Shown here piece by piece: positions 35,260 to 44,603 of a stretch of 64,000 nt of DNA; the stretch's first letter is position 1; every line of letters begins with the position of its first letter. The translations under genes were made by a program, and so were the position numbers. Below the pieces are notes generated by a model, which saw only the letters and a list, made by a program, of their open reading frames with translations, was not told the DNA's origin and did not search any database. Source of the stretch: Alphaproteobacteria bacterium (GTDB taxonomy: Bacteria > Pseudomonadota > Alphaproteobacteria > ATCC43930 > Allostellaceae); assembly GCA_020852355.1 (NCBI GenBank), contig JADZBA010000319.1, forward strand, positions 10,513 to 74,512, read 5' to 3'.

Positions 35260-37278
35260 ATGAGCAAGATTTTTGAGCCGTTCGAGGCCAAGGGGCTGAC
35301 CTTCAAGAACCGCATCGTCCATGTCCCGACGACGATGAACATGTCGGACCCGCAGGGCTATGCGACGCGCCGCATCGCGGCGGTCTATGGCAGCCTCGCC
35401 AGGGGCGGCTATGCGGCGACCATCGTCGGCGCCACCTGCGTGCGCCGCGACGGCCTCATCAACGAGCGCATGCTGGGACTCTATGACGAGGACTACGTCA
35501 TCGAATTCCGCGACACGGTCTCGGAGATCAAGAACAACGACAGCCTCGCCGGCATCCAGCTCTTCTACGGCGGCCTCATCCCCGGCCTCGGCACCACCAT
35601 TCCGCTCCAGCCCGGCAAGGGCTGGATTCCCGGCACTGTCGCCTGGGGCCCGAGCACCAAATACGTCATCGGCAACCCGAAGAGCGACGTCATCCCGACC
35701 GAGGTCTACGAGGACATCGTCGAATCCTACGCCCAGGCGGCGCGGCGGGCGCGCGAGGCGGGCTTCGACTTCGTCTCCTATCATTTCTGCCACGGCTCGC
35801 TGCCGCACACCAATCTGTCGCTGCTCTCCAACCAGGGCCGCACCGACAAATACGCCGATCACTTCAAGATGTGCGAAGAGATCATCGAGCGCACCCAGGC
35901 GCTCTGCGGCAAGGACTACCCGATCATCCCGCGCCTCTGCGTCGACGAGAATCTCCAGGGCGGCTTCGACATCGAATATTTCGTCGAGCACTACGCGCCG
36001 CGCCTGCATGCCCTCGGCATCGCCGTCCTCGACGCGACCTTCGGCTCGATGCTGGGCGCGCCGAGCCGCCGGATGGACATCCACTCGACCGAATTCATCG
36101 GCCCGTCCTTCTACACCCCCAAGGTCGTCAACAAGGACAACATCCGCAAGCTCCGCGAGCTGCTGGTCGCCAGGGGCGTCGACATGCCGCTGATCGGTTC
36201 GGCGAATCTCATCACGCCCGACCACCTGCGCACCATGGTGGACGAGGCGGGGGCCGACTTCGCCGGCGTCTGCCGCCTCTCGCTCGACGACCCGGGCTTC
36301 CCCAACAAGATGCTCCAGGGCCGCGAGGACGAGATCCGCAAGTCGACGCATACCGGCGCCTCGCTGCTCCAGGGCAACATCTTCGGCAAGGGCTGGGCCG
36401 GTTCGGCGCAGAACCCGGTCTTCGGCCGCGAAGACGAATACCGCATCATCCCGACCAACCGGCCGAAGAAGGTGGTGATCGTCGGCGGCGGCTCGGGCGG
36501 CATGGAATACGCCCTCACCGCCAAGGAGATCGGCCACGACGTCGTCGTGCTCGAAAAGGGTCCGGCGCTGGGCGGCGCGATGGATTGGGCCGGCAACTAC
36601 CCGCACCTCCCCAACATGGAGATGCTGCGCTACCAGCCCGAATATCATCGCGTGATGATGAAGAAATGGGGCGTCGACGTCCGCCTCAACACCGAAGCGA
36701 CCAAGGCGGGCATCCTCGCCGAGAAGCCCGATGTCGTCGTGATCGCGACCGGGGCCGAGCCGATCCTGCCGGCGATCGACGGTTTCGCCGAGGCGCGCAA
36801 GGCCGGCTTCGCGGCGACCATCGACCAGGTGCTCGACCGCCACGCCCCCGCGAAGGTCGGCAAGTCGGTCATCGTCTGGGGTGCCGGCGAGGGCGCCGAG
36901 CTTGCGGCGAACCTCAAGCGCGGCGGCCACGACGTGCGCCTGCTCGACGCCAACCCCGCCTATGCGCCGGCCAATTATATCGGCTCGCGCATGTACGCGA
37001 TTATGGGCTTGCTCGCCGTCTCGGGCGTCACGATCGAACACGGCTACACGCTCACCGCCCTCGACGACGGCACCGCCGTCTTCACCAAGGCAGACGGCAC
37101 GACCGAAAAGCTCCGGGCCGACACGGTCGTCGTCTGCCAGGGGCGCAAGGCCTCGAACCGGCTGGCGAAGGAATTGCGCGACAGCCGCCTCACCGTGCAT
37201 GTCGTCGGCGACGCCCGCAAACCGCGCTCCTACGCCAACGCCATCCACGAAGCGGCCTATCTGTCGCGACAGATCTGA
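35260..37278 (+). CDS. Two-domain flavoprotein: Old-Yellow-Enzyme-like FMN oxidoreductase fused to an FAD/NAD(P)-binding domain (2,4-dienoyl-CoA reductase / NADH:flavin oxidoreductase type)
   Basis: 672 aa. The N-terminal TIM-barrel region resembles OYE (FKNRIVHVPTTMN...). The C-terminal half carries VVIVGGGSGGMEYAL and VIVWGAGEGAELA dinucleotide-binding motifs. Confidence 0.8.
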   Translation: MSKIFEPFEAKGLTFKNRIVHVPTTMNMSDPQGYATRRIAAVYGSLARGGYAATIVGATCVRRDGLINERMLGLYDEDYVIEFRDTVSEIKNNDSLAGIQLFYGGLIPGLGTTIPLQPGKGWIPGTVAWGPSTKYVIGNPKSDVIPTEVYEDIVESYAQAARRAREAGFDFVSYHFCHGSLPHTNLSLLSNQGRTDKYADHFKMCEEIIERTQALCGKDYPIIPRLCVDENLQGGFDIEYFVEHYAPRLHALGIAVLDATFGSMLGAPSRRMDIHSTEFIGPSFYTPKVVNKDNIRKLRELLVARGVDMPLIGSANLITPDHLRTMVDEAGADFAGVCRLSLDDPGFPNKMLQGREDEIRKSTHTGASLLQGNIFGKGWAGSAQNPVFGREDEYRIIPTNRPKKVVIVGGGSGGMEYALTAKEIGHDVVVLEKGPALGGAMDWAGNYPHLPNMEMLRYQPEYHRVMMKKWGVDVRLNTEATKAGILAEKPDVVVIATGAEPILPAIDGFAEARKAGFAATIDQVLDRHAPAKVGKSVIVWGAGEGAELAANLKRGGHDVRLLDANPAYAPANYIGSRMYAIMGLLAVSGVTIEHGYTLTALDDGTAVFTKADGTTEKLRADTVVVCQGRKASNRLAKELRDSRLTVHVVGDARKPRSYANAIHEAAYLSRQI

Positions 37279-37295
37279 GATGGAGATGTGGTGTC

Positions 37296-37426
37296 GCGCC
37301 CTCCCTTTGGTGTCATGGTCCGCGAAGGCGGACCATCCACGGCTTTGGGGTGGGGCGAGTCAGTAGCAAGGCGTGGATGGTCCGCCTTCGCGGACCATGA
37401 CAGTAGAGAAGGGGAGGGCGGCGCCA
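37296..37426. repeat. REP-like palindromic element, family 2, full copy
   Basis: GTCATGGTCCGCGAAGGCGGACCATCCACG (37312-37341) is the exact inverted repeat of CGTGGATGGTCCGCCTTCGCGGACCATGAC (37372-37401). Outer arms CGCCCTCCC / GGGAGGGCG extend it. Confidence 0.75.
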
Positions 37427-37451
37427 GACCGTCCCGCCAAGGGAGAACCGA

Positions 37452-38303
37452 ATGGGCAGGCTTGAAGGCAAGGTCGCGCTGATCACCGGTGGATGCTCCG
37501 GCATCGGCCTCGCGACCGCCGAGCTTTTCCTCGCCGAGGGCGCCCGTGTCGTCGTCGCCGACCTCCAGGACGAGAAGGGCGCGATGCTGGAGCGCCGCTT
37601 CGACGGCCGCCTCGCCTATTGCCACTGCGACGTCACCGCGGAAGCCGACATCGCCGCCGCGACCGGGACGGCGTCGAAAGCGTTCGGCGGCCTCGACATC
37701 CTCTTCAACAATGCCGGCGCCGGCGGCACCCCGGCCGGCGTCATGGACATGACGGTCGAGGGCTGGGACTTCACCCAGAACCTGCTCCTGCGCGCCCCCA
37801 TGCTCGGCATGAAGCACGCCGCCCCGCTGATGCAGGCGCGCGGCGGCGGCGCCATCGTCAACACCGCCTCGATCGCCGGGCTCGAGGCCGGCTGGGGCCT
37901 CGCCTACGGCGTCGCCAAGGCCGGCGTCATCCACCTCAGCAAGCTCGCCGCCGCCAACCTCGCGGTCCACAACATCCGCGTCAACGCGATCTGCCCGGGC
38001 GTCATCGTGACCCCGATCTTCGGCGTCGCCGCCGGACTGCCCCGCGCCAGCGCCGACCAGATGGCGGGCAGCCTGGTGGAAGCCGCCGGCCGGATGCAGC
38101 CTCTGCGCCGGGCCGGCCGCCCTGAGGACATCGCCCGTGCCGCGCTCTATCTCGCGAGCGAGGACTCCGCCTTCGTCACCGGCACCCATCTGGTGGTCGA
38201 CGGCGGCATCCTTGTCGGACAGCGCGTCGCGTGGGACGAAACCGCCTCGACGCCCATTCACGCCGCGATGTTCGAAGCGGCGGCCACCGCACCGCAGCCA
38301 TAG
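37452..38303 (+). CDS. Short-chain dehydrogenase/reductase (SDR)
   Basis: 283 aa. TGGCSGIG, NNAG, and YGVAKAG (YxxxK). Confidence 0.88.
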   Translation: MGRLEGKVALITGGCSGIGLATAELFLAEGARVVVADLQDEKGAMLERRFDGRLAYCHCDVTAEADIAAATGTASKAFGGLDILFNNAGAGGTPAGVMDMTVEGWDFTQNLLLRAPMLGMKHAAPLMQARGGGAIVNTASIAGLEAGWGLAYGVAKAGVIHLSKLAAANLAVHNIRVNAICPGVIVTPIFGVAAGLPRASADQMAGSLVEAAGRMQPLRRAGRPEDIARAALYLASEDSAFVTGTHLVVDGGILVGQRVAWDETASTPIHAAMFEAAATAPQP

Positions 38304-38313
38304 GGAGCGAACC

Positions 38314-38736
38314 ATGAGCGAAGCCGAAACCCAGGAAGCCGTCCCGCCGCTGGTGCCCTACCTGGAGCCCAATGCGGGCAAGCCCTACATCGCCGGATCG
38401 CGCTGCGAGGCGTGCGGCCATGTCTTCGTGGGCGAGCGTCAGGTCTGCGCCAAATGCACCGCGCGCGGCAAGATGAAGCCCGTCCACATCGCCGAGACCG
38501 GCAAGCTCTACGCCTTCACCATCGTCGAGCGCAGCTTCCCCGGCGTCCAGGTGCCCTTCGTCGACGTCGTGGTCGACATGGACGACGGCGCCCACCTCAA
38601 GGGCACGCTGCTCGACGTCGAGCCCAATCCTGAGAAGATCCCGTTCGATCTGCCGGTGAAGCTCGTCTATCGCGAGGCGGTGCCGATCAACACCAAGGGC
38701 AAGCCCTACCTCACCTATTATTTCGTGCCCGCCTGA
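38314..38736 (+). CDS. DUF35-type OB-fold / zinc-ribbon protein (thiolase partner)
   Basis: 140 aa from MSEAETQEAV, with GGGAG upstream. Zn-ribbon CEACGHVFVGERQVCAKC followed by an OB-fold-like segment. Sits immediately upstream of an SCPx-type thiolase gene. Confidence 0.75.
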   Translation: MSEAETQEAVPPLVPYLEPNAGKPYIAGSRCEACGHVFVGERQVCAKCTARGKMKPVHIAETGKLYAFTIVERSFPGVQVPFVDVVVDMDDGAHLKGTLLDVEPNPEKIPFDLPVKLVYREAVPINTKGKPYLTYYFVPA

Positions 38737-38775
38737 GAACAGAACGACCAGAGCGCAGAACGGAAGGAACGCGCC

Positions 38776-39927
38776 ATGAGCAATGATGTCTATATCGTCG
38801 GCGTCGACATGATCAAATTCGGTCGCTACCCCGACCGGACCGTGCCGAGCCTCGCGGCCGAAGCGGCGCTGATGGCGCTGGACGATGCGGGCCTCGGTAT
38901 CAAGGACATGCAGGCTTTGTTCTGCGGCAATCTCGGCCAGGCCTCCGGCATGGTCGGCCAGCGCCTGCTGAACGAGATCGGCCAGACCGGCATTCCCGTC
39001 ACCAACGTCGCCAATGCCTGCGCCACCGGGGCCACCGCCTTCCGCGACGCCTGGATGTCGATCAAGGCCGGCGTCTACGACGTCGTGCTGGCGGTCGGCG
39101 TGGAGCAGATGGGCAAGGGCCTTCTCGGCGGCGGCAGCAACGCGCCCTCGCCCGAAGGCATCATCGGCTCGGGCACCATGCCCGCCATGTTCGCCCATAT
39201 CGGCAACGAGCATACGCGCAAATACGGCACCACCTTCGCACAGTTCGCCCGCGTCTCGGTGAAGAACCACTGGCACTCGACGATGAATCCGAAGTCGATG
39301 TACCGCAAGGAGACGCCGCTTCAGGAAGTGATGGCGTCCGAGATGATCGCCTATCCGAACACCAAGCTGATGTGTTCGGTGAATGTCGACGGCTCCGCCG
39401 CGGCGGTGCTCTGCTCGGAAGCCAAGGTGAAGCAGCTCGGCCTCATGGACCGCGCCGTGAAGGTGCGCGCCTCCGAGATGAGCTCGACCCCGTTCGAAAG
39501 CCGCCAGGCCGCGATGCCCGACTTCACCGCCGCGACCCGCCTTGCCGCGAAGAATGTCTACGAGCGTGCCGGCGTCGGGCCCGACGACATCAACCTCATC
39601 GAGTTGCATGACTGCTTCGCGACCGCCGAGATCGTGCATTACGAAAATCTCGGCATCTGCGCCGACGGCGACGCCGGAAAGCTGATCGACAGCGGCGAAA
39701 CCCAGCTCGGCGGCCGCATTCCGGTAAACGTCTCGGGCGGCCTGCTCTCCAAGGGCCATCCGCTCGGCGCCACCGGCATCGCCAATATCTACGAGGTCGC
39801 GACCCATCTGCGCGGGCGGGCCGGCGAGCGCCAGGTCGAAGGCGCCCGTCTCGGCCTCACCCACGTCGTCGGCGGCGGTCCCGGCATGGGCACGGCCTGC
39901 GCCATCCACATCCTCGAAAAGGTCTGA
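38776..39927 (+). CDS. Thiolase-superfamily protein, SCPx / lipid-transfer-protein type
   Basis: 383 aa. Active-site Cys region NVANACATGATAF. C-terminal LIELHDCFA and SGGLLSKGHPLGATG. Confidence 0.85.
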   Translation: MSNDVYIVGVDMIKFGRYPDRTVPSLAAEAALMALDDAGLGIKDMQALFCGNLGQASGMVGQRLLNEIGQTGIPVTNVANACATGATAFRDAWMSIKAGVYDVVLAVGVEQMGKGLLGGGSNAPSPEGIIGSGTMPAMFAHIGNEHTRKYGTTFAQFARVSVKNHWHSTMNPKSMYRKETPLQEVMASEMIAYPNTKLMCSVNVDGSAAAVLCSEAKVKQLGLMDRAVKVRASEMSSTPFESRQAAMPDFTAATRLAAKNVYERAGVGPDDINLIELHDCFATAEIVHYENLGICADGDAGKLIDSGETQLGGRIPVNVSGGLLSKGHPLGATGIANIYEVATHLRGRAGERQVEGARLGLTHVVGGGPGMGTACAIHILEKV

Positions 39928-39930
39928 CGC

Positions 39931-40824
39931 ATGCAGGACCTGAAGGGCGCCGTCGCGGTCGTCACGGGGGCGGGCAGCGGCATCGGCTACGCGCTCGCCA
40001 GGGGCGCCCAGGCGCGCGGCGCGAAGCTCGTCATCTCCGACATCCGCGAGGATGCCCTCGCCGACGCGAAGGCGAAGCTCGCGGACGGCGGCGAGGTGCT
40101 GGCGATGCGCGGCGACGTCGCCGACGCCGGCGACATCGAGGCGCTCGCGAGCGCGGCCGTCGACCGCTTCGGCAAGGTCAACCTGCTCTTCAACAATGCC
40201 GGCGTCTTCGCCTCCGGCGTCGCCTGGAAGACCTCGCTCGAAGAGTATGAGTGGGTCATCAACGTGAACCAGAAGAGCGTCATCCACGGCATCCGCGCCT
40301 TCGTGCCGCGCATGATCGCGCAGGGCGATCCCTGCCATGTGACGACCATCTCGTCCGGCGCCGGCATCACCGTGAACCCCGGCTTCGCGACCTACTCGAT
40401 GACCAAGCACGCCGTCCTCGCCCTCACCGAGGCGCTCTATCTCGACCTCACGGCGCAAGGGGTCGGCAATATCGGCGTCACCGTCGTCATGCCGGGCGTG
40501 ATCCAGTCGAAGATCATGTTCCCCGAAAAGACCGGCCCCGATGCGATCCAGGACGAACTGAAATCGCGCCTCGCCAATCCGGCGCTGGGTGCGCTGGAGG
40601 CCTTCATGCGCCAGGCCGTCGACACCGGCCTGCCCGCCGACGCGCTCGCCGATCTCGTCTACGGGGCGATCGCCAGGGGCGACCTCTACGTCCTGCCGAA
40701 CTTCACCGACGACGCCTCGCAGGCCACCGCGCAGGGCATCGGCCTCGGCCGCGCCAGGGGCGAGAACGCCTATCCGCGCGTCATGCAGGCGCTCTTCAGC
40801 CAGTTACAACAAGCGCCGCAATAG
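39931..40824 (+). CDS. Short-chain dehydrogenase/reductase (SDR)
   Basis: 297 aa. TGAGSGIG, NNAG, and YSMTKHA (YxxxK). Confidence 0.85.
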   Translation: MQDLKGAVAVVTGAGSGIGYALARGAQARGAKLVISDIREDALADAKAKLADGGEVLAMRGDVADAGDIEALASAAVDRFGKVNLLFNNAGVFASGVAWKTSLEEYEWVINVNQKSVIHGIRAFVPRMIAQGDPCHVTTISSGAGITVNPGFATYSMTKHAVLALTEALYLDLTAQGVGNIGVTVVMPGVIQSKIMFPEKTGPDAIQDELKSRLANPALGALEAFMRQAVDTGLPADALADLVYGAIARGDLYVLPNFTDDASQATAQGIGLGRARGENAYPRVMQALFSQLQQAPQ

Positions 40825-40871
40825 GCGCGAGGACCGGGGAAGGCAACGTCAACCAGACCAAGGGATGCACG

Positions 40872-42026
40872 ATGTCTTACTTTCTTACCGAAGACCAGGA
40901 AGCCATGCGCCGCGTCGCGCAGAAATTCGCGCGCGAAGAGCTCATGCCGATCGCCAACCAGATCGATCTCGATGAACACGCGCCGGAGTGGCTCACCAAG
41001 CGCTGCGGCGAACTCGGCTTCCTCGCGATCCGCATCCCGGAAGCCTATGGCGGCATGGGCGGCGACCTCACCACCGCCTGCATCATTCTGGAGGAACTGG
41101 CCAAGGCCAGCCCCGCCTTCGCCGGCCTCCTGTCGGTGGAGATGATCCTCTGCCCCGGTGTCGTCGACATCCTGGGCACCGACGCACAGAAGCGCCGCCT
41201 GTTGCCCGATTCGGCGACCGGCCATCGCGTGATGGCCTTCTCGCAGACCGAACCCGCCGGCGCCGGCAACACCAAGTTCCACCAGACCCGCCTCACCGCC
41301 GACGGCAACGCCTGGCGGCTCAACGGCCACAAGCTCTTCTGCACCCAGGGCGCCGCGAAGAGCTATCTCGTCTTCTGCAAGACCGAGCGCGACGGCCAGC
41401 AGGGCTATGGCTGTGTCGTCGTGGAGCGCGAGGACGAGGGCTTCGAGGTCCAGAAATACGAGGACAAGCTCGGCTGGCGCGGCACCAACACCGGCCCCAT
41501 CGCCTTCAACGACGTCAAGGTCTCGGCCGACGACGTGCTGGGCGACCTGCTCACCGGCAACGCCGACATCGCCCCCGTCAACCAGGCGAGCTTCATGGGC
41601 CACGCCGCGACCTCGCTCGGCTGCATGGAGGGCCTCTTCGACCTCACCGTCGCCTATGTGAAGGACCGCTCGCTCTACGGCCAGCCGATGCACCGCCTCT
41701 CGCCGGTCACCGACCGACTGGCACAGGTCTACGCCAAGATCGAAGCCTGCCGCAGCTTGCTCTATTCCAGCACGCGGCTGCTCGACGAAGGCAGGATGAC
41801 CGGGCCGCAGGGCTCCATCTGCAAGGCCTATATCTGCGACACCGCCTTCGAATGCACCAGCCAGCTGCTTCAGATGTGGGGCGGCAGCGGCATGATGAAC
41901 TCGACCGGCGTCAACCGCTACATGCGCGACGCGCGGGCCAAGATGGTCGCCGAGGGCGCGACCGAGATGCACCATGCGATCATCGCGGCGACGATCGGCT
42001 TTCCGGTCTCGATGGTCGAAGGCTGA
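40872..42026 (+). CDS. Acyl-CoA dehydrogenase
   Basis: 384 aa from MSYFLTEDQEAMRRVAQKFAREEL, with ACAD architecture. The C-terminal region carries the catalytic-base Glu context (MVAEGATEMHH). Confidence 0.88.
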   Translation: MSYFLTEDQEAMRRVAQKFAREELMPIANQIDLDEHAPEWLTKRCGELGFLAIRIPEAYGGMGGDLTTACIILEELAKASPAFAGLLSVEMILCPGVVDILGTDAQKRRLLPDSATGHRVMAFSQTEPAGAGNTKFHQTRLTADGNAWRLNGHKLFCTQGAAKSYLVFCKTERDGQQGYGCVVVEREDEGFEVQKYEDKLGWRGTNTGPIAFNDVKVSADDVLGDLLTGNADIAPVNQASFMGHAATSLGCMEGLFDLTVAYVKDRSLYGQPMHRLSPVTDRLAQVYAKIEACRSLLYSSTRLLDEGRMTGPQGSICKAYICDTAFECTSQLLQMWGGSGMMNSTGVNRYMRDARAKMVAEGATEMHHAIIAATIGFPVSMVEG

Positions 42027-42071
42027 AGAAAACAACGGGCGGGAAGCGCCCGGATGAGGGAGGACAGCGCA

Positions 42072-42920
42072 ATGATCGACTTCACGGCACTCGCCCGCGA
42101 GCGGGAGCGTTACGCCCGCGACGGCGTCCTGCTCCTGAAGAATGCGCTGTCCTTGCAGGAGATGGCGCTCGCCCGCCAGGCCTATGACTGGAGCATGTCG
42201 CATCCCGGCCCCTCGCGCTTTGACGTCATGCAGGGCTCCGAAGGCCGGTTCTTCACCGATACCAACAACCCGAAGGCCTTCGATGCCTACAAGCCGTTCC
42301 TGAAGCGCACCGGCCTCGTCGATGTCGCGGCGACGCTCTGGGGCGTCGAGGATGTCTGGTTCTTCTACGAGCAGGTCTTCGTGAAGGAGGGCGGCCAGAC
42401 GGTGCGCACGCCGTGGCATCAGGACACCTCCTATGCCCCGATCGACGGCAAGCATCTGATGGCCTTCTGGATCTGCTTCGAACCCATCCCGGCCGACCAG
42501 AGCCTCGAATTCATTCCGGGCACTCATAACGGCGTGCTCTATGACGGCTCCGCGCTCGACGCCAACGATCCGCTGCGCCCGCTCTACGGCGACGGCTCCA
42601 TGCCGGTCCTGCCGGATGTCGACGGCCATCGCGAACGCTTCAACATCGTCTCCTGGGCCGTCGATCCCGGCGACGTCGTCGTCTTCCATCCCTCCGTCCT
42701 GCACGGCGGTGCGCCGACCGGGCCGGGCCAGAGCCGCCACACGCTGACCTTCAAGCTGTTCGGCCCCGATGCCATCGTGGCGCGGCGGCCGGGCGCCGGC
42801 GAAGGCGTGAAGGACATGCCCAAGGGCTCCGAGCTCTCGCCGATGGCGCAGGTCGTCGCCACCATTCCGCCGGGCGGCTCGTTCCGCCATCCCGGCTTCC
42901 CGCAGCTTCGCCCGGCCTAG
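42072..42920 (+). CDS. Phytanoyl-CoA dioxygenase (PhyH) family Fe(II)/2-oxoglutarate oxygenase, copy 1
   Basis: 282 aa from MIDFTALARERERYARDGVLLLKNAL. GGGAGG lies upstream; an alternative ATG is at 42054. HxD motif WHQDTSY and distal His in VVFHPSVLHGG. Confidence 0.8.
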   Translation: MIDFTALARERERYARDGVLLLKNALSLQEMALARQAYDWSMSHPGPSRFDVMQGSEGRFFTDTNNPKAFDAYKPFLKRTGLVDVAATLWGVEDVWFFYEQVFVKEGGQTVRTPWHQDTSYAPIDGKHLMAFWICFEPIPADQSLEFIPGTHNGVLYDGSALDANDPLRPLYGDGSMPVLPDVDGHRERFNIVSWAVDPGDVVVFHPSVLHGGAPTGPGQSRHTLTFKLFGPDAIVARRPGAGEGVKDMPKGSELSPMAQVVATIPPGGSFRHPGFPQLRPA

Positions 42921-42955
42921 CCGCGCCCGATCTTCGCAACAGAACGGTTCCTTCG

Positions 42956-44503
42956 ATGTCCCAGACCCTGCCGCCGTCCGCCTATCCGGTGTCGCCCATC
43001 ATCAATGCCCTCAGGCGCGACGCCAGCCGCGTGCTGGTCGAGATGGTCGACGGCGAATCCTGGACCGCGGGCCGGATCCTCGATGCCATCAGCCGATATG
43101 CCCAGGCCCTCACCGCCCGCGGCGTCGGCGTCGGCACCCGGGTCGCGCTGCTCGCCCGCAACAGCGTCGAGGTGCTGGTCCTCCACAACGCCACCGGTTT
43201 CGCCGGGGCCGGCCTCGTCGCGCTGCATCCGATGGGCTCGGCCGACGACCACATCTTCGCGATCGAAGACGGCCAGGTCGATGCGCTGATCTATGATCCG
43301 AAGAAGTTCGGCGAACGGGCCGCCGAGCTTCAGCGCCGCACCAACCGGCTGAAGACCATCCTCTCGCTCGGCAAGGGCGATGTCGGCGAGAATCTGTTCG
43401 AGGAGATCAAAAAATACACGCCCGGCCCGCTCGTCGCGCCGCAGCTCCCGTCCAACGCCGTGACGCGGCTCTCCTATTCCGGCGGCACCACCGGCAAGCC
43501 CAAGGCGATCCCCGGCAACGCCCGGGTCGGCGCCACGGCGCTCGCCATCATGCTCCAGGAATGGGAATGGCCGATCAATCCGCGCGTCCTCGCGGTCGTG
43601 CCGCTCAGCCATGCCGGCGGCTCGCTCTTCGCGCCGGTCGTGCTGAAGCACGGCACGATGGTCGTGATGGCCGGCTTCGAACCCGGCGCCGTGCTGAAGG
43701 CGATCCAGGACTACAAGATCACCTGCACCATGCTGGTGCCGACGATGATCTACGCGCTGCTCGATCACCCCGACTTCGACAAATACGATCTCTCCAGCCT
43801 CGAGACGATCTTCTACGGCGCCTCCCTCATGTCGCCGGCCCGCCTGAAGGAAGGCATAGAGCGCATCGGCCCCGTCTTCTTCCAGTTCTACGGCCAGGCC
43901 GAAGCGCCGATGACCGTCACCACGATGCGCCGCTCCGAGCACGACCCGAACAACCCCCTGCGCATGCAGAGCTGCGGCCGTCCGGTGCCGTGGGTCGACG
44001 TCGCGCTGCTCGACAACGACAACAACCTCGTCAAGGACGGCGACCCCGGCGAGATCTGCGTGCGCGGCCCGCTGGTGATGGACGGCTATCTCGACCGCGA
44101 GGAACTGAACAAGGAAACCTTTGCCGGCGGCTGGCTGCACACCGGCGACGTCGCGGTGAAGGACCCCGACGGCTTCTTCCGCATCGTCGACCGCAAGAAG
44201 GACATGATCGTCTCCGGCGGCTTCAATGTCTTCCCCAGCGAAGTCGAGAACGTCATCGCCGGCCATCCCGCCGTCGCCCAGGTCTCGGTCTTCGGCACGC
44301 CCGACGAGAAATGGGGCGAGGCGGTCACCGCCGCCGTCGTCCTGCGTCCCGGCGCCAAGGTCGACGGCGCCGAGCTCAGCGCGCTGGTGAAGGAACACAA
44401 GGGCCCCGTCCAGGCGCCCAAGCACGTCCACTTCATCGACGCCATCCCGCAAACCGCCGTCGGCAAACCCGACAAGAAAGCCCTCCGCAAACAGTTCGCC
44501 TAG
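42956..44503 (+). CDS. AMP-dependent acyl-CoA synthetase/ligase (ANL superfamily)
   Basis: 515 aa. AMP-binding motif LSYSGGTTGKPKA. Also YGQAE, GWLHTGD, VDRKKDMIVSGG, and a C-terminal GKPDKKALR. Confidence 0.9.
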   Translation: MSQTLPPSAYPVSPIINALRRDASRVLVEMVDGESWTAGRILDAISRYAQALTARGVGVGTRVALLARNSVEVLVLHNATGFAGAGLVALHPMGSADDHIFAIEDGQVDALIYDPKKFGERAAELQRRTNRLKTILSLGKGDVGENLFEEIKKYTPGPLVAPQLPSNAVTRLSYSGGTTGKPKAIPGNARVGATALAIMLQEWEWPINPRVLAVVPLSHAGGSLFAPVVLKHGTMVVMAGFEPGAVLKAIQDYKITCTMLVPTMIYALLDHPDFDKYDLSSLETIFYGASLMSPARLKEGIERIGPVFFQFYGQAEAPMTVTTMRRSEHDPNNPLRMQSCGRPVPWVDVALLDNDNNLVKDGDPGEICVRGPLVMDGYLDREELNKETFAGGWLHTGDVAVKDPDGFFRIVDRKKDMIVSGGFNVFPSEVENVIAGHPAVAQVSVFGTPDEKWGEAVTAAVVLRPGAKVDGAELSALVKEHKGPVQAPKHVHFIDAIPQTAVGKPDKKALRKQFA

Positions 44504-44560
44504 CGCGCTGGGAGACCGGTGGCGGGCCGCCAACCCGCCCCTCGCGCTTCCCCCTCTATC

Positions 44561-44596
44561 GTCATGGTCCGCGCAGGCGCAGGCGGACCCTGGCAC
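44561..44596. repeat. REP-like element, family 2, partial copy
   Basis: GTCATGGTCCGCGCAGGCGCAGGCGGACCCTGGCAC shares the GTCATGGTCCGCG...GCGGACC core with the element at 37312-37341. Confidence 0.55.
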
Positions 44597-44603
44597 CGCG
44601 GTA

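Noticed and set aside
38176-42890. Long minus-strand ORFs of 760 aa (38176-40458) and 706 aa (40770-42890)
   Set aside because: They are antisense to six consecutive, motif-supported plus-strand genes (DUF35, thiolase, SDR, ACAD, PhyH). They have shadow-ORF composition.
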